Shown here piece by piece: positions 52,079 to 60,600 of a DNA stretch of 64,000 nt. The DNA comes from Candidatus Hydrogenedentota bacterium (GTDB taxonomy: Bacteria; Hydrogenedentota; Hydrogenedentia; Hydrogenedentales; SLHB01). The notes under the pieces were generated by a model, which ran no database searches, had not been told where the DNA came from, and saw nothing but the letters and a program-made list of their open reading frames with translations. Within the stretch, counting starts at the first letter, position 1. Each line of letters opens with the position of its first letter. The stretch covers positions 2,698 through 66,697 of the forward strand of contig JACRLJ010000056.1 of the NCBI GenBank assembly GCA_016215105.1, read 5' to 3'. The position numbers and the translations under genes were made by a program.

Positions 52079-53694
52079 GCGTTCCTGACTGCACATATCA
52101 CCTGGACGCGATTTCCGCGTTGCTGGACGCCGGACCGGGCGCTGTCTTATCCGCGGATACGTTGCGCCACATCCAGTCCTGCGCTTCCTGCCGTCGCGAG
52201 TACGAATGGCTCGTAAACGTCAGCAAGGACCTCGAGGAAATTGGCTCTTTGGCGGCCCGCCAGGCGCCGGCCGTTGACCTTACCGCCGAAGTTATGGCCC
52301 GCGTCAGCGCGATTGCCGCGCCCGCGCAGGCGCTCAAGCCGTACCGCGCCCCCAGGCGCTACATGGTGCGATACGCCGGACTCGCCGGCTTGGCGGCGGC
52401 CGCAGGAATCGCGGTCTTCTTCTGGTTTTCAGTCCGGCACGACGGAACTACGCAAGAGCCTTCCGAATTGGCCCTGAGCCAGCAGGACAACGAGGCGCGT
52501 TTCCCCCATCCGCCTTCGGAATCCGTCAGTTCTCCAGGGAACCAGCAATCCAGCCTGGATGAGCTGCAAAAAGCCATCGGCCTTCTGCACAAGTACGACG
52601 CGTCGGCGGCCTCCAAGAAGCCTGTCTTCGAGAACACCGCTCCGCCGGATCTTCACGCCTTGACTGCCTCTGAAGTGTGGGCGACTACCAGGGCGTCCGT
52701 TACCGACGCCGGGGCCCGTGACCGTCTGCGCCGCTGGGCCTCGCTCGCGCCAGAACGGGCGAAACAGGTCACCCAATCCCCTGGGGCGTCCCCAGGCGCC
52801 ATTATCGGCGCCGCAGCCTCGCTCGATCCCGCTGAGGCCGCACCGCTGTTGCTCACGGCCCTCAGTTCCTATGCCGACAGACCCGCCGCGCATATGGCTC
52901 TTTCCAAGGCCTACTTGAGCCGATTTGTGAACTTACAGGGAAATGACCCCGCCGGTTCCAGACCCGATTCCGCACCCCCGTCCGGTCTTCCTTCGGGACC
53001 TGGCTCGTCAGACGTGTCTGCCGACGCGATTGCAGCGGCGGACGATTGGATCGCGTCCGACCCCAAGAACGCTCTGCCATACTGCCTGAAGGCATTGCTC
53101 CTATTGGAACAAGCGCAACCCGATATCGAAGGCGCGCTGAAATTGCTTAGCCAAGCCAGCATGCTTCCCTCCGCAAGCGCATACGGTCTGGATTCCGCGG
53201 GATTTAACCAGGAGGCCCTCATCGCTGCCGGTATGGACCCTGAAACCGCCAAGACCTTGAGCGCGCTGACAGCCGGGCAGAGCCAGAATGATTTCCTGGT
53301 GAAGTTCAGCCAGAATCTTCTCGACAAAGCCAGGCAGAGCTTGAATCAGGGCGACCTGCAGACCGCGCGCGCCATCACCGAGGCCGTCCAACAATTGGGT
53401 TCCCAAGTCGGTACTGGCGCACAACTCTCGCAAGAGCGTCTCGCCGCCATGGAGATGCAACGTCAGGCAATCACCTTGCTAGAGACGATCTACACCGGGC
53501 TCGGCTCCACCTCGGACATCCAGCAGCTGACTCTCGACACCCAGAAACTTGCCGGCAATATGGAGAGCTTTACCAGCTTCCTGAATGACCTCGGAAACCT
53601 CTTCATTGGCGCCACAGACCAAGTGTTTGGGCTGATCACCGACATCATTCGACAAACCGGGGACCTCACGCTGTTTGACCACCTGCCAAGTTGA
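52075..53694 (+). CDS. Zinc-binding (HxxxCxxC) transmembrane anti-sigma factor with large helical extracytoplasmic domain
   Basis: HIQSCASC, TM AGLAAAAGIAVFFWF, TPR-like DPKNALPY; GTGA overlap with the sigma gene. Confidence 0.85.
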   Translation: MSVPDCTYHLDAISALLDAGPGAVLSADTLRHIQSCASCRREYEWLVNVSKDLEEIGSLAARQAPAVDLTAEVMARVSAIAAPAQALKPYRAPRRYMVRYAGLAGLAAAAGIAVFFWFSVRHDGTTQEPSELALSQQDNEARFPHPPSESVSSPGNQQSSLDELQKAIGLLHKYDASAASKKPVFENTAPPDLHALTASEVWATTRASVTDAGARDRLRRWASLAPERAKQVTQSPGASPGAIIGAAASLDPAEAAPLLLTALSSYADRPAAHMALSKAYLSRFVNLQGNDPAGSRPDSAPPSGLPSGPGSSDVSADAIAAADDWIASDPKNALPYCLKALLLLEQAQPDIEGALKLLSQASMLPSASAYGLDSAGFNQEALIAAGMDPETAKTLSALTAGQSQNDFLVKFSQNLLDKARQSLNQGDLQTARAITEAVQQLGSQVGTGAQLSQERLAAMEMQRQAITLLETIYTGLGSTSDIQQLTLDTQKLAGNMESFTSFLNDLGNLFIGATDQVFGLITDIIRQTGDLTLFDHLPS

Positions 53695-53890
53695 GCGGAA
53701 GGCAGGTACGGAAGGGGATGTTTTCCCATAGGATGTGGACGAGCAGGGTTGGCGCCACAGCCGGTATGGATTCACAACGTTTGTAAAGATGATCGGGGCG
53801 AAAACTGGGGCAGAACGACTCGAGATAGGTCCACAACGGCTAGAAACCCGTCGCGCCGGCGCCCAGAATAGAGGTAACACTATAGGGGGC

Positions 53891-53974
53891 TTGCTTTTGA
53901 GCGTGAAATAGTTCATAATGGGACCAGGTAGGTTTCTAAATGGGAAAATGCTTACCTTTGACTAGTAAAGGTAA
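53891..53974 (+). promoter_or_regulatory. sigma70-like promoter (TTGCTT-17-CATAAT) and downstream inverted repeat TTACCTTT-N7-AAAGGTAA ahead of the peptide array
   Basis: Hexamers at 53891-53896 and 53914-53919; perfect 8-bp IR at 53952-53974. Confidence 0.55.
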
Positions 53975-54025
53975 CTACCGGTTTTCGGTCGATCAGTCGG
54001 AAGGAGAAGGGAGGTGAAACGCCGT

Positions 54026-54178
54026 ATGAAGCATGTGAAGGTGCTGTCCAATGAAATGCCCGTTCAAGCGCAACAGACTGCGTGGGTGGAGCTGAAGAAT
54101 ATCGTCGGTGGTCTCGGATTGTCGACGCCGCGCGCCAATTGGCTCGTTGCGCAGGTTGATCAGAAGCTCCAGGGGTAA
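54026..54178 (+). CDS. Small leader-containing peptide P1 (50 aa)
   Basis: RBS GGGAGGTG; MKHVKVLSNEMPVQAQQTAWVELKNIVGGLGLSTPRANWLVAQVDQKLQG; hand-translated. Confidence 0.75.
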   Translation: MKHVKVLSNEMPVQAQQTAWVELKNIVGGLGLSTPRANWLVAQVDQKLQG

Positions 54179-54395
54179 GACCAAGTAGCCGGTAGACCAA
54201 CAGAGAATACCGGGTGCGCAATGCGGAAGGAGCCGTGGAATGATTTGGGCTCACGCCTGTTCGACCTCGCTCCTTGATTTTCCGTAAGTTACGTGTGAAT
54301 ACTTTACTGTGAAGGCATGACACGAACTCGTGGATGCCGCGCGCGTATCGTGGCGTGCAGCGGTAAGAATGCTTCTAACGAAAGGACTCAGGAAC

Positions 54396-54572
54396 ATGAA
54401 ACACGTTGCCAAGGTGACGAAAGATATTCCGGCCAGCGCCAATATCTTCCAGTGGCCTGCCCAAACCGTTGCGTCGAAGGCCGCCTACATTAACGCCCTG
54501 TTCGCTCATGTCGGCTCGCTTCGTACTGACGACACGGCCAATGGTGGGTTCTTCAATTCGCTCGTGGGGTAA
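54396..54572 (+). CDS. Small leader-containing peptide P2 (58 aa)
   Basis: RBS AAAGGA; MKHVAKVTKDIPASANIFQWPAQTVASKAAYINALFAHVGSLRTDDTANGGFFNSLVG. Confidence 0.72.
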   Translation: MKHVAKVTKDIPASANIFQWPAQTVASKAAYINALFAHVGSLRTDDTANGGFFNSLVG

Positions 54573-54640
54573 TTCGGTTGTTTCCCACGTTAGGTGTGAC
54601 TCGGTAAACTAAACCTCAAATCAAGGAGGTCGTTACGACC

Positions 54641-54808
54641 ATGAAGCAGAGAATTTCCAAGAAGGAAATGCCCGCGATGGCCGCCAATTTGTTGACTTGG
54701 CCGTCGGGTATTGCCGGATTCAACGAATTTGGCGACATCGTGCTCGCCATCATCCGGTTCCTGGTGAACGCGTTTTCGTTCCTTCACCTGCCCGGAATCC
54801 CAGCCTAA
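54641..54808 (+). CDS. Small leader-containing peptide P3 (55 aa)
   Basis: RBS AAGGAGGT; MKQRISKKEMPAMAANLLTWPSGIAGFNEFGDIVLAIIRFLVNAFSFLHLPGIPA; hand-translated. Confidence 0.75.
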   Translation: MKQRISKKEMPAMAANLLTWPSGIAGFNEFGDIVLAIIRFLVNAFSFLHLPGIPA

Positions 54809-54996
54809 GTTATCGAAAGGCAATTTGCCTTCAGCGTTTGTGCGCAGGCTGTGACGAGTTCGTCTCTTCACAGCCTGCGCTTTTTCACGTGCCGTACCGC
54901 TCAGCGTTGTCACGATTCGTTCCCGCAACGGATTCCAGGAATCCAGCCAGGAAGTCGGCTTCATGACGCGGGCCGCTCGCCGCCTTTCGTCACCGC

Positions 54997-55923
54997 TTAC
55001 GCGCTGCCGAGCTTAGCTAGCTCCTGCTCGGCAACGCTGCGAATCTCCGGGTCCACCCCCTCCATCACGGCTAACGCCCGAAACCGCGCGGTTGCTTCGC
55101 TTCGGCGTCCCAGCGCCAATTCGATTCGCGCAAGCGCGAGATACCCGTAATGAAACGCGGGGTTGACCGCCAGGGCGTTCGTGAGAACATCCGCCGCGCC
55201 GGCCACGTCGGACGTCCGAATAAGCGCATCCGCGAGAAAGAGCGCAACTTCGGTCTTCCCGCGATCGAGAGTAAATGCCTCACGAGCCAGCCGAACTGCC
55301 TTCGGGAGATTGCCGTGCATTAATGATCGATCCGCCGCCGTCAGGAGACACTCAGCGCGGCGGTCCTGCGATCCTTCCTTGGGGCAGAAGAACGCGCCAT
55401 ACTGGCCACAGGGAAGCCCAAATAGTTCGTACTCGCACGGGTACGGCAGGAAGTCCTCCACCTGCCACTGACTGCGATGGAGTTCCCCAGGGTTTCCATG
55501 GCGTTCAGGATGGTCCCATCCACCCCCGATGGGAATATTCACGAGAAGCGCCTTCCTGGCCTTCCCATAGAGCGTTTCGAGCACGGCCTCCCCCTCCGAC
55601 TTATCCAGGTGCTCGATGACGTCACCCGTTATGATGAGGTCGTACTCATCCACGCGCGGCGCCACGTCCCGAATATCGGCGATTTGGATGGAGGTGTACA
55701 AGGCTTTCTGATGTGCGAGGATGTACGGCTCGAACAACTCGATGCCGTCAATCCGCACGCGCCAACTTGCCGGTTGGACTCGCTCGTTCATGACATCCAG
55801 ATACTCCCGGCACAAGAACCCCCAAAGGCCAAACCCGCAGCCGACGTCAAGCACGGAAGCGGGATTGAGACGGATTATCCACTGCAAGCAATGAGAAATG
55901 TGTACAGACGTGCTGACAGGCAT
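54997..55923 (-). CDS. Class I SAM methyltransferase with C-terminal TPR repeats
   Basis: VLDVGCGFG, YDLIITGDVIEHL; TPR-like ALAVNPAFHYGYLALARI. Confidence 0.8.
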   Translation of the reverse strand: MPVSTSVHISHCLQWIIRLNPASVLDVGCGFGLWGFLCREYLDVMNERVQPASWRVRIDGIELFEPYILAHQKALYTSIQIADIRDVAPRVDEYDLIITGDVIEHLDKSEGEAVLETLYGKARKALLVNIPIGGGWDHPERHGNPGELHRSQWQVEDFLPYPCEYELFGLPCGQYGAFFCPKEGSQDRRAECLLTAADRSLMHGNLPKAVRLAREAFTLDRGKTEVALFLADALIRTSDVAGAADVLTNALAVNPAFHYGYLALARIELALGRRSEATARFRALAVMEGVDPEIRSVAEQELAKLGSA

Positions 55924-56020
55924 GAGGGGAGTATACGCGCCGGGGTTCCTCAGCACAAAAGAGAAGGAGCGCAAGTCCCTTGGCCGGACTTGCGCTCCAA
56001 ATGCTCTCGATAGGTACAGA

Positions 56021-56680
56021 TTACTTCCGGCGCATTCTGCGAACTACCACACCGGCGATGCCCATGCCAAGCAGCACCATCGAAGTGGGTTCCGGTATGA
56101 CGCGCGTGAACGTAACTACCAAGTCATTGTAGTCGCTGTCGTAGTTCGGGTCCGGACCGGAGCCAAACAACGGCAGGTCTTCCCACGCAAGCAATACCGT
56201 ATCAGGATTGCCAGTCGCAAGCGCGATCATGTGATCCTGACTTCCCGGATTCAGCGCGCTCTCCGAGTACCACGTCTGCGTGCCATTGTAGCCCGTAGAC
56301 GTCAGGTAGAACCCGAAGGGCCCGGCGATGGCCGGAACCAGCGTGGACACGGGGCCGTCCGACGGCAGAACCGTAAAGATCGGCGTCAGAGAACTCGGAG
56401 CGCCTACCGGCTGGTAGAAGCCCAGCGTCTCCGTGTTACCAGCGAAATGCACCGTCGCAATAAACTGCCCGGACGTAAGCAACGTCCAGACCTCGTCCGG
56501 CGACACTTGCGGAATTAGGTTGCTGTCAGCTCCGACAGGACCATAACCCAGCGAGTTGTAGATCTGCCACAGGTCTTGCTCCGCAACCGGATTTGCGCCG
56601 TCGTTAATTACGGTCGCCATCGCCGGCGTCATCGCGAACACAATCGCCGCAGCCAAACTCAATACCTTCCAAACTTTCAT
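56021..56680 (-). CDS. PEP-CTERM protein with DUF4114-like domain
   Basis: Signal peptide; WEDL...DSDYNDLVV; IPEPTSMVLLGMGIAGVVVRRMRRK tail. Confidence 0.9.
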   Translation of the reverse strand: MKVWKVLSLAAAIVFAMTPAMATVINDGANPVAEQDLWQIYNSLGYGPVGADSNLIPQVSPDEVWTLLTSGQFIATVHFAGNTETLGFYQPVGAPSSLTPIFTVLPSDGPVSTLVPAIAGPFGFYLTSTGYNGTQTWYSESALNPGSQDHMIALATGNPDTVLLAWEDLPLFGSGPDPNYDSDYNDLVVTFTRVIPEPTSMVLLGMGIAGVVVRRMRRK

Positions 56681-56859
56681 GTTGTTTCTTCCTCCTCTAC
56701 GTTTGTACGCCATCAGAACTACCTCAAAATCCCACGAGTCTCAGCGATTGGAACCATACCGCTCTGCCTCACCCGCGAATCACCGTACCATCCACAGCGC
56801 CACTCCAACGAGACTACTTCTCAACCGCATCATCGCCGATTGCCGTGATGATAGCTTTG

Positions 56860-56876
56860 AGCAGCTATCGTGCCAA
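56860..56876 (-). promoter_or_regulatory. sigma54 (-24/-12) promoter of the PEP-CTERM gene
   Basis: Minus strand TTGGCACGATAGCTGCT = GG-N10-GC; AT-rich tract just upstream. Confidence 0.7.
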
Positions 56877-57387
56877 TGAACGATAACGCACTTAACCCAT
56901 TATTAGGTAAAATGTTACGCCACGTTCGCCAGGACCAAAAAACGAGTTGATCACATCCAACCTGCTATTAGTTGGTCAGAGGTGACTACTTTTTGTCGGG
57001 TGCTGCGGGCCTCGACGGGCTACTACGGGAAAGCACCAGCTCGTATCCGAGTGATGCCGGGAAACCGCTCTCGAATTCGTGAATTGTTTGCTGTGCGCGA
57101 GCAGCTTTTGCGCGGAGCCCGTAACTGGCAGGAACAAGCTCTCGAACCTACCGAGCAGCGAAGCTGGAGCCAGGTTCTCGGCCCTGGACACGGGGATAGC
57201 GGAAGTGGGAAGTATCGCGGCTGATATTGGACACCGCAAAGGGAGCACCGGGCGGCATCCCGTTGATTCCGCCCGGCGCTTCGCATGTCTGGCGCTAATC
57301 ACGAAACACAAACGTCTCGCAGCCTGAATACTGAATGCGAGCCTGCTCTACCCGCCGCCGTAGATGTGGAGGCTGACGAAGTAGAAC

Positions 57388-57546
57388 TTACGTTGTTGTG
57401 TTCTTGTGAAAAAAAGCAGTCGTGTCAATTCCGAGCAGTCGCGCCGCCGCTTGAATCACGTTAATCACCTGGAGAACGATGTCGAGCATCTGTTCAATGT
57501 TCGTCGCAGATTGTGGTTTCACTCGGGTTACCGTTCGGATGTGCAT
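57388..57546 (-). CDS. Small leader-containing peptide P4 (52 aa)
   Basis: RBS AAGGAG; MHIRTVTRVKPQSATNIEQMLDIVLQVINVIQAAARLLGIDTTAFFHKNTTT; hand-translated. Confidence 0.72.
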   Translation of the reverse strand: MHIRTVTRVKPQSATNIEQMLDIVLQVINVIQAAARLLGIDTTAFFHKNTTT

Positions 57547-57560
57547 ACCTTTTTCTCCTT

Positions 57561-57654
57561 AAGGCAGTTAAGCCGCAATCCCAAGGCCGCGTGTGCTGCT
57601 TTCTTGTCAGCAACACCTCTGCGTCCCATGCAGTTGACGCCGACAAAGAAGTTA
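57561..57654 (-). repeat. Three-hairpin palindromic repeat, copy D (divergent)
   Basis: Minus strand TAA-cttctttgtcggcgtc-N21-gttgctgacaagaaag-N13-N9-gcggcttaactgcctt; same 94-nt length and block sizes as copy C; TAA is the stop of the upstream giant gene. Confidence 0.78.
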
Positions 57655-60600
57655 CCCGGCCAGCGCCGCATTGATCACCAATTGTACATCCACTGCGTCC
57701 GTGTTACCGCTGCCGTTCATGTCGGTATTATACGCAACCGCTAGACCAAGCGCACCATTTATCACCAACTGCACATCCACCGCGTCCACATGCCCGCTGC
57801 CGTCTACGTCTCCGAGATGACCCGAAGCCACGTATTGGGCCGTGAGAGATAGGTTGCCCGTAAGCGTGATCGATCGTGCGGCGCTCGTGACACCATCCGA
57901 CCAGCGGCTCCAGATATAGCCGGTAATCGCTTGCGGAACGCTGACGGAGTGGGCCACGTTCCGTGTCAGCACGAGCGCCTGAGGCAGGTCGTACACGGTT
58001 CCGTCGATCGTTGCCTTAACCCCCGCCTGATTTGCGGATAAATTCAGCGTGGCTGTCGGCGTGCCGGTAGGTGTCATGAACAGCGTCGCCGTTTCGATCT
58101 GATTGTTCACGACCACCGACTGCGAAGCAGACTGAAACCCCGTCATCGTCGCGGTGACGGAGTACGTCTCGTCGTTTGTGCAAACGAACTGCGCCACGCC
58201 GTCACTCGAGGTCACGTTGTTAAATGGGCTTCCTGGCCCGCTCGCTTGCACCGCCGCGCCTCCGATTGGCGTATTGGTCCCAGCCTGCAACACACTCACC
58301 ACCAGTGACGGCGGTATGATCCCGCCTGTCCCGACCGCAATGATGACCAAGTACGACGTGCCCGCGCCAAACGCGTTGTTCGCGTTGGTAATCCTCAGCA
58401 GGTATTGCTCGCTGGTTCCGAACGACTGCGTGAACTCCACTTCTTGCCCCGGATTCGAACTCGTCACATCGCGCACCGGCGCCGCGCTCGGGTTCCCATC
58501 GAGGGTTGATTTCTTGTACAAGCGCGCCCGCGGCTGACAATTCGGCCCCTCCGGAAGCACCGCAATCGTGGCCGAATTATTCGCCGGGGCCATGAAGCGT
58601 ATCCAATCGGTATCACCCGATACGTGAAAGTTGTGGCCCTGGGAAAGATTAATAGGCAGCCACTTCGCGCTGTCCGATGTGTTGTCGGTCTCCCAGGCGT
58701 CGGGCGTGTTGATACGATCCACTGCGCCAATGCGCGGCGACGCATAATAGCGGCCAAGCGCCTTCACGTAGTATTGGACGCGATAGAGTCCGCCCTGCGT
58801 AAACCCGGTGTACGGCGCCTGCCAGCGTTTCAGAGTGTCGTTGTACGTGAAATCCACCCACGCCAGACCGGTGAGCGGTTGTTCGTCGTCCGTGCTCGAC
58901 GCCGCCCGGCCCAAATTCGGCGGAACAATCAATGCGCCCGCCGCCTCAACCGGAAAACTGGACACGACGTCCGACAGCCACAACGTGGCGGTATTCGATG
59001 AAATAGGCTGGTTCGGCACCACTTCGCCGATATACACCCCCGAACTGGGCTGAACGAAGTCCGCTCCCGCCCGCGACGAATCGGCCAGCAGACCGTCATT
59101 TGCCTCGTCCGCAATCCCGTTGCCACTGTCATCAATCTGTGGTTGCTGTAGCGGGTTGATTGATCCGATGGCGACCCGCGCGGTGTCAAAAGCGCGGCCG
59201 TACGCGCCGCCGGTGTAGATCTCCTGCCAGAACGGCAGCGAGAAACTCAGCGCGCGGACTTGGTCAAACAACGCAACGCCCTTGGTCGGTCCGACGCCCG
59301 ACCCCGTAATGGTGATGCGCTGAGCCCCTGCCGCCTTCATACCCTTGAGAAGCGCCAAGTGAGGTATGAACGACCCGGCTTCGCACATATCAATTACCGT
59401 CGTCACGGTGGAATTGGGCGTCGAGGACTGAAGCTGATTCACCCAATCCGCGTACGTCGACGCCTCCAGATAGTCCACCGCGTTAATGCGAAAGCGGTTG
59501 CGCTGCCCGTGGTCCACCAGATAGACCAGCAGTCGCTGCGATCCGTTGGCCCACGTGACGATCGATTGCTGCAAGCCCGCCAGCGTGCGGTCCGCATAAA
59601 CGTCGTTTGCCCCATCACCGTTCGCGTCCAAAGTGCCCGACGCAAAAAGTCGAATGTATTGCTTCTGCAAGCCTTGCAAGAGCAGCGTCGAGTACGCCGT
59701 CTTCGCCAGATCGCGAAATGTCGGATACAGGGGATCGTCCGCCGCGCCCCCAATCAGAATGATCGCCTTGGACTCACTCCCCACCGTCGGCAGCACCTCA
59801 ACGTAAATGCGGTAGTTCGTGGTCGCGTTCGTGCTTTGAATGATATCCACCACCTGCGAGGTCGGACCGGCGGTATAGACGCCGCCCGTGAGGTCTCCGC
59901 CACTTGCGTCCAGAACGTATTGGTAATTGGGAAGTGTTCCGCCAATGTAATAGCGCCAAGTCTGGCCGGAAACCACGCGCGTCTGCCAGTAGTTTAGCCC
60001 CGTGTCGCTACCGTTCCGGTAGAACCGGAGATACGGGTAACGGTTCAAGTTCAAGTCGGGCTCCGCCGGGTCGTAGTACTGGTGCCCGATGAACAAATCG
60101 TCGTCCCCGTCCGTGTCGACATCGGCGAACGCAATCATGCGCGCATGGTACTTGTCGTTATTGAACGGCGCATCCAAACGTCCCGAGTATGGAAAGTAAT
60201 ACTTTTCATCACCATACGAATCGATGTACGTCGTATTGCGGTAATAGTGCTGCGAACATTCCAGGTAATTCTCGGCATCGGACAGGGTCAGCACGAGGTC
60301 CGGCCGTCCATCATTATCCAAGTCGGTCGCCGCCATGCTCTCGATACGATTCAATTCCAGGGGCTGGCCCAGCTCGTCATGCAGCAGCGTGCTAATATCG
60401 ATCGCGGTATTCCACGAAAAATAACTGCTGCCCTGCATGATGAAGAAGAGCCGGCCGCCGCTGGCTGTCGCAAACGCAGTGATGATCTGATGTTTGGGAC
60501 TTCCCGCCGTTTGACTGAAGTTTCCGATCGCCAATCCCCGCGGCTCGATACCCGATTCGCCGGCGAGCGCCGAACTCCACAAAGACCCGACATCCGCGTT

